NCBI GenBank assembly: GCA_040386275.1
Contig: JAZKFU010000002.1
Location: forward strand, 16,858 to 80,857
DNA from: Patescibacteria group bacterium
GTDB lineage: Bacteria > Patescibacteriota > Minisyncoccia > Phycocordibacterales > UBA918
DNA: 64,000 bases
Reading direction: 5' to 3'
Of this stretch, positions 27,755 to 39,676 are shown piece by piece (the stretch's first letter is position 1; each line of letters opens with the position of its first letter). The translations under genes were made by a program, and so were the position numbers. Below the pieces are notes generated by a model. That model saw nothing but the letters and a program-made list of their open reading frames with translations. It had not been told where the DNA came from and did no database searches.

Positions 27755-28217
27755 CCGAACCGCAAAAATAGTCATTAGCTTTGTTGTTTTCGATAAATTA
27801 AATTTCACCGTACAAGAAGTACGGCTCAAATTAATTTACCCCAACGCCTCGCTACTGCTCTATTTTAGCGATTCTCTGGAGTTAAGCCTTAGCACTGCTC
27901 ACGCTTCGACGCCTTGTACCTGGGAGCTTTTAACAACAAAATTACCCTCACCGTGCTACTTCACTATTAGATAGTTTAATAGTAAGCATTTTTTACTTCT
28001 CTTAAGTTGAGAACTTACAGCAAAAAAAATTTAAAGTATTAAGTTGACTCATTTTTAAGTGATAACGTAGCGAGTTGTCCACACTAGGGGGAATTCCTTA
28101 GCAAATACCTCGTATAATAAAGTGAGTCTCGTACAACGTAGACTGTTGATGGTTTGATTGAGACAGAAAGCTTATGTCTGAATCTAATCATTACTTATTA
28201 AAATATAAACTAAACTC

Positions 28218-28688
28218 ATGTTTAAACGAACTCTAGAACGAGGTTTTACCCTCATCGAACTCCTCGTCGTAATCGCCATTATCGGTATCTTGGCAGCCAC
28301 TGTGCTTGCTAGTCTCGGTAGTGCCCGTAGTGGTGGTGCTGACGCTTCTATCAAAGGAAGTATCAACAGTGCTAAAGCGCAAGCAGAAATCTTTTACACT
28401 GGTGGTAACACCTACGATGGAGTATGTGCTGCAGCTGCTTCAGCTAACGGCTTGACTGGTCTTCGAACTGCAGTTGACAACAACATCAACACTGCAGCAC
28501 TTGTAGCACCAGATGGAGCTCTCCAAACTGCCGCTTCAATTAACTGTAACGATACAGCAGCTGGTTGGGCACTCTCTTCACCAATGAACATTACAACTGG
28601 TGGAGCCTACTTCTGTGCTGATAGTACAGGGTACAGTGGACAACAAGCTACACCACTAGGAGCAAGTCCTGACATTACTTGTAGTTAA
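28218..28688 (+). CDS. Type IV major pilin (PilA-like)
   Basis: Class III signal '[21 protein letters not shown]' followed by a Cys pair near the C-terminus. TATAAT box about 90 bp upstream. Confidence 0.8.
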   Translation: MFKRTLERGFTLIELLVVIAIIGILAATVLASLGSARSGGADASIKGSINSAKAQAEIFYTGGNTYDGVCAAAASANGLTGLRTAVDNNINTAALVAPDGALQTAASINCNDTAAGWALSSPMNITTGGAYFCADSTGYSGQQATPLGASPDITCS

Positions 28689-28711
28689 TCTATAGGTAGG
28701 ATTAAAAAAAC

Positions 28712-28743
28712 GCCCTTCGGGGCGTTTTTTTATGGGTTACCGG
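28712..28743 (+). terminator. Intrinsic terminator after the pilin gene
   Basis: AAAAAAACGCCCTTCGGGGCGTTTTTTT hairpin plus U-tract. Confidence 0.6.
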
Positions 28744-28796
28744 TGTAATGATAAATACCACAGTGCTTTGAAAGTAGGTGTTATACTAAATCAATT

Positions 28797-29633
28797 ATGT
28801 TGGAAACGATTGCGCTGATGCCACCTTATTTTATTACCATAGTAGCGTTTATGTTTGGGGTAATTATTGGGAGTTTTCTCAATGTGTATATTTATCGCTT
28901 TCATACGGGCAAATCTTTAGCTGGTTCTTCGCACTGTTTATCGTGCCGGACCCCGTTGAAATTTTTTGAGCTGTTTCCTCTGGTTTCATATTTAGGATTA
29001 CGAGGCCGATGTCGAAATTGTCAGGCAGGTATTCCGAGTCGGTACTTTTGGGTGGAGCTTATTACGGGGTTGCTTTTTGTGGCGGTGGTCAAGTGGGTGA
29101 TGCCAATTGAATTGTGGCCGATTGCATTGTTGCTGATGGCTTCGCTTGTGGTAGTGTCGGTGTATGACCTGGCTCATTTTATTATCCCGGATGCGTTTGT
29201 GGTGTTTTTATCGGGAATTGCCTTGGTGTACACCGGACTGTGGGTATTCCTTACCGGCGAGTACATGATTTTTGTGTGGAATGTTGTGGCCTCCGCAATT
29301 GCCTTTTCATTTTTTGCCGGGCTGTGGTGGTACTCAGGTGGACGATGGATTGGGTTTGGAGATGCAAAGCTTGCTCTTCCGCTGGCCTACATGGTGGGGA
29401 TAGCGGGGGTGTTTTCGATGCTGACGTTAGCGTTTTGGTTAGGTACCATTATTAGTGTGACGATTCTTCTATGGCAACGGTATGGTAAACGGGGACAACT
29501 TGGCTATCGATTTAGAGGACCGCACCTTACAATTAAAAGCGAAGTACCGTTTGCTCCCTTTCTGATACTAGGCTTTCTGATGGTGTTTCTGTTTCGAGTA
29601 GATGTATTGATGTGGTTTAGTTATGCGTTATAA
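28797..29633 (+). CDS. pilD: Prepilin peptidase PilD (A24 family)
   Basis: 278 aa with N-terminal CxxC..CxxC zinc motif and polytopic membrane domain with conserved Asp. Confidence 0.85.
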   Translation: MLETIALMPPYFITIVAFMFGVIIGSFLNVYIYRFHTGKSLAGSSHCLSCRTPLKFFELFPLVSYLGLRGRCRNCQAGIPSRYFWVELITGLLFVAVVKWVMPIELWPIALLLMASLVVVSVYDLAHFIIPDAFVVFLSGIALVYTGLWVFLTGEYMIFVWNVVASAIAFSFFAGLWWYSGGRWIGFGDAKLALPLAYMVGIAGVFSMLTLAFWLGTIISVTILLWQRYGKRGQLGYRFRGPHLTIKSEVPFAPFLILGFLMVFLFRVDVLMWFSYAL

Positions 29634-30240
29634 AAATCTTTTTTCATCATCACAACCAGGCGCCACTCAGTCGCGAGGATTTGGGTTAGTGGAGTTGATG
29701 GTGAGTATCAGTATCATGACTTTGGTTTCCACCGTTATTCTAGTAAAGAATCGCTCATTTAATAATGCCTTGTTGCTCCGCAACCAAGCGTATGAAATTG
29801 CGTTTTCCCTGCGACAAGCACAGTTAATGGCGGTATCAGGGAATAGGCCAACTGCAACGAGTAGAAATACGTACGGCATTCACTTGGATGTGTCTGGAAC
29901 AGTAGGAGATACGCATAGACAGTATCGAATGTTTCGAGATGATGTGAGTAACCTTAATTGGTATGATGCAGGTGACGCCACTATCGGCTCAGTGGGAACA
30001 ATTGATAGTAAATATATTATTGATATCGCCGATAGTAGTGGCAACGCAATAGCCGCGAATACCTTGTCTATTACATTTGTACGACCCAATTTTGATGCAC
30101 TCTTTAAAACTAGTTCCGGCGGAGCCATTAGTAGTGCCCCGGTATATCTTAAAATAATGCCGAGAGACAGCACTGGCTACGCCAACGTTCCTTATCGGCT
30201 GATTGAGATTACGAGTACCGGGCAAATATCGGTTATCTAA
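29623..30240 (+). CDS. Minor (pseudo)pilin, GspH/FimT-like
   Basis: Prepilin-type N-terminus 'RGFGLVELMVSISIMTL'. Confidence 0.6.
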   Translation: MRYKNLFSSSQPGATQSRGFGLVELMVSISIMTLVSTVILVKNRSFNNALLLRNQAYEIAFSLRQAQLMAVSGNRPTATSRNTYGIHLDVSGTVGDTHRQYRMFRDDVSNLNWYDAGDATIGSVGTIDSKYIIDIADSSGNAIAANTLSITFVRPNFDALFKTSSGGAISSAPVYLKIMPRDSTGYANVPYRLIEITSTGQISVI

Positions 30241-30242
30241 CT

Positions 30243-30851
30243 ATGTTCACCTCACGTTTACAAAAACTTCAGACTGGATTTACTCTCATTGAAATGATGG
30301 TGGCTCTTTCGTTATTTACTATTGTGGTCACCATTGCGGTAGGGGCTTTTTTATCGATGATTGGCGCCAGTAAAGGTGTGCAGGGAGAGCAGTCTGTTAT
30401 GACGACGCTTACGTTTGTACTTGATAGTATGACGCGCGAAATAAGAACAGGAACAAACTATTACTGTGGTACACGAAGTTATATATCGAGCAACTCAATT
30501 TCTACCTCTACTGTAAATGATTGCGCTACCGGTAATGAAGGAGTTTCGTTTGTGGAATCTGGTAGTAGTGTGACGGTAAGTGCCAGTAGTAGACGAATTG
30601 CGTATTATTATGATACTTCTTCTACTCCCGACACTATTATGCGTCGTGTCGGAAACGGGACACCACAATCAGTGGTATCAGAAGGAATCACTATTACCAA
30701 GGCTGAGTTTTTTGTGACGGGTACCCAACGGCTTAATGCTGGTACCGACATTAACCAGCCTACCGTCACGATTGTACTTGAAGCAACCGATGAAACTGGT
30801 GCGACTACGACATTGCAAACAACCGTGACGCAACGCGAATTAGATATATGA
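30243..30851 (+). CDS. Minor pilin, PilW/PulJ-like
   Basis: Prepilin N-terminus 'GFTLIEMMVALSLF'. Confidence 0.6.
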   Translation: MFTSRLQKLQTGFTLIEMMVALSLFTIVVTIAVGAFLSMIGASKGVQGEQSVMTTLTFVLDSMTREIRTGTNYYCGTRSYISSNSISTSTVNDCATGNEGVSFVESGSSVTVSASSRRIAYYYDTSSTPDTIMRRVGNGTPQSVVSEGITITKAEFFVTGTQRLNAGTDINQPTVTIVLEATDETGATTTLQTTVTQRELDI

Positions 30852-31439
30852 CCTTACATAAAATTTCACAATCAGGTTTTAGTTTAGTAGAAGTTTTAGT
30901 AGCAATTACTATTTTGCTCTTAGTTATTGTCGGTCCAATGCAAATCATTTCTCGGTCAATTAACTCAACCAATTTTGCTACCGAGCAGGTGAATGCATGG
31001 TTTTTGGCTCAAGAAGGGTTGGAGTTGGCGCAAAAAGGACGTGACGATTTGGTGCTGGGAGATTTTAAAGACATTCTTAGTGGCGGAACTGCTGAACCAG
31101 CACCATTTACTACTTTTGAAAGTCGGTATGCTTTTTGTTTTTCGAGTAATGGTTGTGGGTTAAGTGTCGGTAATGGAGTTTCGACACCGATTTCAGTAGT
31201 GAGCTGTGGGGTGTTATCAAATTGCAGACTGTATACCACCACAAGCAGTAACACTGACAGGTCAACCTATCAGCATAGTGTCTCAGGTAATACGATAAGT
31301 CCCTTCACTCGGGTTATTAAGATGGAGCGAACACCAGCTAGTGGAAATATTCGAGAAGTGAAAGTCACTTCCACGATAACGTGGCGAACGGGTTCGCTGA
31401 TTGATAGTCAAAGTGTTGAGGCAGTAACCTATTTATTTA

Positions 31440-31459
<20 letters not shown>
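30848..31459 (+). CDS. Minor pilin, PilV/GspI-like
   Basis: Prepilin N-terminus 'GFSLVEVLVAITILL'. Confidence 0.6.
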
Positions 31460-34074
<2,615 letters not shown>

Positions 34075-34102
34075 TTTAAATTTTGTGATATGATGCCTAG
34101 AT

Positions 34103-34396
34103 ATGACTATTGATGAAATCCGAAATCTCGGTACCCTTGCTCGAATTGCCCTCTCTGATGAAGAAGCTGCCACCCTTAATCAAGAAATTGATTCAATTTT
34201 AGCGTACGTGAGTGCGGTAACTACTATGGCCGGTGAACCGGCTACGACCCATCAGGTGGGAGCTCGTATTAATGTATTGCGTAGCGATGTAATCACGAAC
34301 ACTCCCGGAGAATACCGAAAGCGCATGTTGGCGGCTATGCCAAAAACAGACGGGGACTATTTAGTAGTAAAAAAGATTCTTAACGTGACTCAATAA
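34103..34396 (+). CDS. gatC: Asp-tRNA(Asn)/Glu-tRNA(Gln) amidotransferase subunit C
   Basis: 97 aa GatC family protein directly upstream of gatA. Confidence 0.85.
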   Translation: MTIDEIRNLGTLARIALSDEEAATLNQEIDSILAYVSAVTTMAGEPATTHQVGARINVLRSDVITNTPGEYRKRMLAAMPKTDGDYLVVKKILNVTQ

Positions 34397-34401
34397 TAGG
34401 T

Positions 34402-35817
34402 ATGGATATTAAAACCCTTCGAACCAAATTTATTGATGGTTCACTTACCCCGACGGCTTATCTGGAAGAGATGCTAACCGTTATCGAAAATACGGACAAA
34501 GACATTAACGCTTTTTTAGAAGTGTATGCCGATGATGCCCGTAAAGAAGCAAAACACGCTACCGAGGAATACGCACGACTGGGTGATTCTGCGCCAGCCT
34601 TGCTCGGTATTCCCGTGGCACTTAAAAACAATATTTTAGTGCAAGACAAAAAAGCGACCGCGGGTTCAAAAATTCTTGAACACTACACCGCATCATACGA
34701 TGCAACTATCGTCACGCGGTTAAAGGAATCGGGAGCAATAATTATCGGTGCTACCAATATGGATGAATTTGCGATGGGTGGCTCTACTGAAAATTCTGCG
34801 TTTGGCCCAACTAAAAACCCCGTAGACCCAACACGCGTACCTGGGGGATCTTCTGGTGGTTCAGCAGCAGCGGTAGCGATGGGGGCTGTGCCGATAGCAA
34901 TTGGGACAGACACTGGCGGGTCAGTGCGACAACCAGCGAGTTACTGTGGCGTGATTGGATTTAAACCAACTTATGGAGCAGTATCGCGTTATGGACTGGT
35001 GGCGATGGGGTCGTCGCTCGATCAAGCTGGCCCCCTTACTAATACCGTGACTGATGCTGAAACTGTACACACTATTATGTCAGGCTTGGATGCCAAGGAC
35101 GCCACTACCATTGCACCCGATACCTATCCTGAGGTGTTAGTAAAAGACCAATACACGTTTGGAGTACCACGTGGCTTTTTGGCTTCGGGTGTTGATCCTG
35201 ATGTACTTGCACTGTTTGAAGCGCAGCTTGCATCATTGGTTGTCGCGGGACATGCCGTAGTTGATATTGAACTACCAATGTTTGAAGCGGGATTGGCTGC
35301 ATATTACATTGTAATGCCAGCTGAAGTATCTTCGAACCTGGCTCGATTTGATGGGGTTCGTTACGGGTTATCACTTGATGGACCCGATTTGCTGTCGGTA
35401 TATGAAAACAGTCGTGCGGCTGGTTTTGGGGCTGAAGTAAAACGGCGGATTTTGCTTGGTACCTACGTGCTTTCCTCAGGGTATTACGATGCCTACTATG
35501 GCAAAGCTGAATTGGTGCGTACCAAAATGCGCGAGGAGCTTAATGCAGTTTTTTCAAAAATTGATTGTATTATCACCCCAACCGCTCCTACCCCTGCGTT
35601 TACTCTGGGTTCACAATCTGACCCACTCTCAATGTATTCCCAAGATATTTTTACGGTTCCGGTAAATCTAACGGGCGTGCCAGCTCTCTCGGTCCCTATG
35701 GGAACTGTGGAGCGTGACGGGAAGGCGCTTCCAGTTGGGGTACAATATATAGGTCCGCATGCAGGGGACGCTCGTCTATTTGATATTGGCAAGCGTACGT
35801 TTGATGCGAAACTCTAA
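34402..35817 (+). CDS. gatA: Glutamyl-tRNA(Gln) amidotransferase subunit A
   Basis: 471 aa with amidase signature 'GGSSGGSAAAVA' and Ser-cisSer-Lys triad context. Confidence 0.9.
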   Translation: MDIKTLRTKFIDGSLTPTAYLEEMLTVIENTDKDINAFLEVYADDARKEAKHATEEYARLGDSAPALLGIPVALKNNILVQDKKATAGSKILEHYTASYDATIVTRLKESGAIIIGATNMDEFAMGGSTENSAFGPTKNPVDPTRVPGGSSGGSAAAVAMGAVPIAIGTDTGGSVRQPASYCGVIGFKPTYGAVSRYGLVAMGSSLDQAGPLTNTVTDAETVHTIMSGLDAKDATTIAPDTYPEVLVKDQYTFGVPRGFLASGVDPDVLALFEAQLASLVVAGHAVVDIELPMFEAGLAAYYIVMPAEVSSNLARFDGVRYGLSLDGPDLLSVYENSRAAGFGAEVKRRILLGTYVLSSGYYDAYYGKAELVRTKMREELNAVFSKIDCIITPTAPTPAFTLGSQSDPLSMYSQDIFTVPVNLTGVPALSVPMGTVERDGKALPVGVQYIGPHAGDARLFDIGKRTFDAKL

Positions 35818-35826
35818 TTACACATT

Positions 35827-36462
35827 ATGGAAGACACAGTTACTGCTACCACGGCCGCCCTTGAAGTTGTAGGGTTTGATATTTTAACGCCGATTTTGCG
35901 GTTTATTTTTGGCGGAGATGGAGTTGTTGGGTCATTGAGTCAGGATGGAATTCTCGGTTTTCTCAGTGGTGCCTGGACGGTATTTGTGATTATTTCATAT
36001 ATCTGTTCTTTTATATTTTTAGTGTTATATATTTACGCTTCGATACAAGCCGAAAAATTAGGTGATATCGAACATGACATGATGGCTGCTGGAGAAGAAG
36101 CTTACGCTATGAAAATGTCCGGCGGCATTAAATCTGATAAATTTGCCGAACTCAAAGAACATGTAAATTCAGATAACCCAAATGATTGGAAGCTTGCTAT
36201 TATTGAAGCCGATATTATTTTAGATGATACATTAAAACGACAAGGGTACGCTGGCCCAACTTTAGGAGACCGACTCAAAAGTATTTCCCCCAGTGCGTTA
36301 TCTTCACTTGATGACGCGTGGCAAGCCCATAAGGTTCGTAACCAAATTGCCCACGGCGGAGCAGATTTTGTGCTCACCCAAAAAATCGCCCGCGAAACAA
36401 TCGTGCAGTATGAGCGAGTGTTTAAGGAGTTGGGGGTTGGGGAAGGTGGCGGACATCATTAA
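35827..36462 (+). CDS. Hypothetical membrane protein with C-terminal HEPN-like R-x4-H motif, occupying the gatB position
   Basis: Two predicted TM helices, then a helical domain containing 'KVRNQIAHGG' (R-x4-H-G). Starts 10 nt after the gatA stop. Confidence 0.4.
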   Translation: MEDTVTATTAALEVVGFDILTPILRFIFGGDGVVGSLSQDGILGFLSGAWTVFVIISYICSFIFLVLYIYASIQAEKLGDIEHDMMAAGEEAYAMKMSGGIKSDKFAELKEHVNSDNPNDWKLAIIEADIILDDTLKRQGYAGPTLGDRLKSISPSALSSLDDAWQAHKVRNQIAHGGADFVLTQKIARETIVQYERVFKELGVGEGGGHH

Positions 36463-36473
36463 GAATTAAAACT

Positions 36474-36690
36474 GGGTTCCGGAATCGAGTCACGAATCAC
36501 TAAGTATATTATTTCGCTACGCTCATAATCTACTAAGTGTTCTTGACCACACCTCGCGGTTTTCTTTTCTGGTAAAAAGAAAACATCGCTGCGGTCGTTC
36601 GATTCCGCCGAAAGCAAAGCAGTTTGCTTTCTGAACTCCGCAACAAAAACGTAAAACCTCTGTCAATAAAGACAGAGGTTTTACGTAATG
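36474..36690 (-). repeat. tRNA-3'-end composite repeat unit (subfamily 2) downstream of initiator-like tRNA-Met, minus orientation
   Basis: In tRNA orientation: hairpin AAAACCTCTGTC-TTTATT-GACAGAGGTTTT; inverted copy TTGCGG-[AGTTCAGAAAGCAAACTGCTTTGCTTTC]-GGCGGAATCGAA; core with GAGCGTAGCGAA...TTAGTGATTCGTGA; direct copy CTCGATTCCGGAACCC (plus 36474-36489). Confidence 0.55.
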
Positions 36691-36761
36691 TTGCGGGTTC
36701 CGGAATCGAACCGGAGTCTGGAGGTTATGAGCCTCCCGAGGTACCTCTCCTCTAACCCGCT
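36691..36761 (-). tRNA. tRNA-Met (CAU), initiator-like
   Basis: Anticodon loop CTCATAA, A1:A72 mismatch, A11:U24 in the D-stem, T-arm TCCGG-TTCGATT-CCGGA, no CCA. Confidence 0.7.
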
Positions 36762-36858
36762 ATAATTTCAATTTGAAAAGTATACACCGATTTTTGATTT
36801 TGTCCATTTAAAGAGATAAAAATATGCTTTTATGTTTGAGCTGGTATAATAAATCCAT

Positions 36859-37542
36859 ATGCAATGTGTAATTTTAGCGGCAGGAAAGGGGACGCGGTTA
36901 CGACCGCTAACGGAAGATACTCCAAAACCACTCGTTTTAGTGGCAGGGAAACCGTTACTTGATCATATCGTTAAAGCGCTACCGAGCGCGGTTGATGAGT
37001 TGATTATTGTGCACGGCTATTTAGGTGAACAAATTATGGCTCATTGTGGCTCTAAATATATGGGACGTAAAGTGACCTATGTTTTGCAAGAAGAGCAAAA
37101 GGGAACAGCTCCAGCTTTGTGGTTGTGTAAAGATTTACTTAAAGGCAGGTTCTTATTTATGTTTGCGGACGACATTCATGGGGAAAATGATATTGCTCGG
37201 GTGACGTCATATAGTCGCGCTATCCTGACTATGCCTACCAAAACTCCTGAACGTTTTGGTATTGTAGTGCGTCACCCTGATGGGACATTAGCAGAGTTTG
37301 TAGAAAAGCCCGCTCATCCACCATCCAACCTCGCTTCAACCGGAGTGATGGTGCTAGACACTCATATTTTTGAATTTGAACCAACCGTTGAAACAAACGG
37401 CGAGTATTTCCTTACTGATGTAATCGCCGAATATTCTCAAAAGTATCCCGTGGCAGTGGTTGAAGAAAATCTTTGGATTCCCATCGGTTACCCCGAAGAT
37501 ATCGAAAAAGCAGAAGCTATTTTAGCTACCCAAAAAGTGTAG
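36859..37542 (+). CDS. Sugar nucleotidyltransferase (NTP_transferase family)
   Basis: N-terminal 'ILAAGKGTRLRPLT' signature typical of glucose-1-P/mannose-1-P nucleotidyltransferases. Confidence 0.75.
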   Translation: MQCVILAAGKGTRLRPLTEDTPKPLVLVAGKPLLDHIVKALPSAVDELIIVHGYLGEQIMAHCGSKYMGRKVTYVLQEEQKGTAPALWLCKDLLKGRFLFMFADDIHGENDIARVTSYSRAILTMPTKTPERFGIVVRHPDGTLAEFVEKPAHPPSNLASTGVMVLDTHIFEFEPTVETNGEYFLTDVIAEYSQKYPVAVVEENLWIPIGYPEDIEKAEAILATQKV

Positions 37543-37694
37543 TTGATAGAGTGCTATATTAGTGGTATTCTGTTGCCACTTTTCTCTAGGTTAATGCTAG
37601 AGAAAATTGTATCCAGGGCGTATCGGTGTAAGCAAAGCTTTCACCGACTGCGTTCGAAGAAAATGTAAGCGAGCTTCCATTTTGCTTCTCACTT

Positions 37695-37768
37695 GTCGGT
37701 GTAGCTCAGCTGGTTAGAGCGTAGCACTCATAACGCTAAGGTCGGAGGTTCGAGCCCCCCCATCGACA
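37695..37768 (+). tRNA. tRNA-Met (CAU), elongator-like
   Basis: Acceptor GTCGGTG/CATCGAC (one GU), anticodon loop CTCATAA, T-loop TTCGAGC. Carries an A31-C39 mismatch and a T-stem mismatch, so it is somewhat degenerate. Confidence 0.6.
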
Positions 37769-37845
37769 CAACGCAGGATATTGCCCTTTTAATTAAAAGT
37801 GTATATACTCTTGCCACTAATACCCTCGGTATTTAGTAAGGAATT

Positions 37846-37919
37846 GCGGGCGTAGCTCAGCTGGTTAGAGCGCTTCCCTGTCACGGAAGAGGCCGTGGGT
37901 TCGAATCCCATCGCTCGCG
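37846..37919 (+). tRNA. tRNA-Asp, anticodon GUC
   Basis: Acceptor GCGGGCG/CGCTCGC, anticodon stem CTTCC/GGAAG, loop CTGTCAC, T-arm GTGGG-TTCGAAT-CCCAT, discriminator G. Confidence 0.8.
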
Positions 37920-38084
37920 CAAATGAAAGAGCCCTTCGGGGCTTTTTCGTTTACGCGAGCGAAAGAAAGCGCCTGCGCGCTTTCTGGTGGGATTCGAAAG
38001 CCGGAGTCATGTCGCCCTGCGACAGACGAGACGGGGTCGCGAAAATTTCTGAAAGAAATTATTTGTGACCGAATCCCATCGCTC
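37920..38084 (+). repeat. tRNA-3'-end composite repeat unit (subfamily 2) downstream of tRNA-Asp
   Basis: Hairpin AAAGAGCCC-TTCG-GGGCTTTTT. Inverted copy CGCGAGCG-[AAAGAAAGCGCCTGCGCGCTTTCTGGT]-GGGATTCGAA (37954-37998). Core AGCCGGAGTCATGTCGCCCTGCGACAGACGAGACGGGGTCGCGA. Direct copy CCGAATCCCATCGCTC (38069-38084). Confidence 0.6.
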
Positions 38085-38126
38085 CCACTCCTTCAAACAT
38101 CATCCCCCATCTGCTACACTACCCCC

Positions 38127-39647
38127 ATGCCCCCACTCACTATATACTGGTCACGTCGAGACTTCCGTCTGGCTGATAACCCGGCTCTGCTTGCTGCTTC
38201 CAGCTACGCAATTGCAAACAACACTTCTTTTCTCCCGCTCTTTATTGTTGAAGACTATATGACGGCAGGGAATCCGACATTTCAATTTGGCTACCCATCC
38301 CGTTGGTTTTTATCCCAGGCTCTGCCATCATTTGCGTCACACTTTGAAGAGTTTGCTATTGTGACAGGGAAAGGGGCACAGTATCTCATTGAACTTAGTA
38401 AAAAATTTAAGCTTACTGTTTTTGTAAATGATGATGTGTATGTAGATTTTTATAAACAAATTGCAAAACTAGAAAAAGCTGGAGTAGCAGTCACTGTCTG
38501 TGAGGACGCACTGTCTGTACCCAAAGAAACCAGATCAGGTGAGGGAAATTTATATAGTGTATTTACACCTTTTAAAAAAAATGTCTGGGCACGATTTATT
38601 GCTCATGCTCCGCACGCAACCTTTACCCAACCAAAAGCGCTTCAGTATCTCCCGACTAAAAACATTGAGGCACTCCCAAACTTGCTTACAAACACAACCG
38701 AAGCTATTTTTGCAGTCTTCAGTAAAAAACGTCTCCTTACCGTTGGAGGAATGACGCTTGATATAGGGGAACTAATTCCCGAGCAAAAAATTGAGGGTTG
38801 GTATACGACTGAAGACGAAGCCTTGCAACGTTTTTCGGATTACCTCACTTCTGGTGACTTAGATGCGTACAAGAAAAACCGAGACTCACTGGAACTTGAT
38901 GCTGCTAGCTTTGATGAGACCCGTACCGCCTATACGGGGAAGACTTCCAAAATGAGTCTCGCCCTGGCGTGGGGATTGGTATCGGCCCGAACGTTGATGC
39001 AGATGATGCAAAAGCACTTTGATGAAACCTTTGATAACCCCTTTTCTGCGCGGGTAAGTGAGGGAGCCTTAACGTATATTTCTGAACTAATCTGGCGGGA
39101 ATTCTACCGATACCAACTATTTCACCGTCCTGATTTAATGAACACAGAATTTCAAAAAAAATTCCAAGGCACCATTGCCTGGGTTGATACAAAAACAGCG
39201 CACGAACGATTTCTTGCCTGGATTAAAGGAGAGACGGGGTATCCGGTAGTTGATGCGGCGATGAGACAAGTAGCCGCAACTGGATGGATGCATAATCGTT
39301 CCCGCATGATTGTGGCGAGTATCTTAACCAAGAACTTTGGCGTTGATTGGCGGTGGGGTATGGAATATTTTCGAGCGGTGCTAATTGATTTAGACGAAGC
39401 GTCTAACTCAGGCGGGTGGCAGTGGGGAGCGTCAGTCGGGGCTGATCCTAAGCCGATACGAATTTTTAACGCTGAATTGCAAGCTAAAAATTATGATTCG
39501 TCCGGTGCCTATCAAAATCGTTGGCTTAACGATAATACAGTCTTTTCTCTAAAGGCCACGCGAGAGCCTATCATTGAACATAAGCAGGCGCGCGCCGAAG
39601 CCCTCACGCGCTATGGGTTAGGAGGGGAAGGAGCGCGGGATTATTAA
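38127..39647 (+). CDS. phr: Deoxyribodipyrimidine photolyase / cryptochrome family protein
   Basis: FAD-binding motifs 'WREFY', 'GWMHNRSRMIVASIL', 'DLDEASNSGGWQWGAS'. Start set at MPPLTIYWS; the 5' part of the long ORF overlaps tRNA-Asp and the repeat and is not coding. Confidence 0.85.
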   Translation: MPPLTIYWSRRDFRLADNPALLAASSYAIANNTSFLPLFIVEDYMTAGNPTFQFGYPSRWFLSQALPSFASHFEEFAIVTGKGAQYLIELSKKFKLTVFVNDDVYVDFYKQIAKLEKAGVAVTVCEDALSVPKETRSGEGNLYSVFTPFKKNVWARFIAHAPHATFTQPKALQYLPTKNIEALPNLLTNTTEAIFAVFSKKRLLTVGGMTLDIGELIPEQKIEGWYTTEDEALQRFSDYLTSGDLDAYKKNRDSLELDAASFDETRTAYTGKTSKMSLALAWGLVSARTLMQMMQKHFDETFDNPFSARVSEGALTYISELIWREFYRYQLFHRPDLMNTEFQKKFQGTIAWVDTKTAHERFLAWIKGETGYPVVDAAMRQVAATGWMHNRSRMIVASILTKNFGVDWRWGMEYFRAVLIDLDEASNSGGWQWGASVGADPKPIRIFNAELQAKNYDSSGAYQNRWLNDNTVFSLKATREPIIEHKQARAEALTRYGLGGEGARDY

Positions 39648-39676
39648 GGCTGGGTATTAAATGGTAAAATAGAAAC

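Noticed and set aside
37923-38126. N-terminal 68 codons of the 574-aa photolyase ORF
   Set aside because: They read through tRNA-Asp and the repeat unit. The photolyase homology begins at the Met at 38127.
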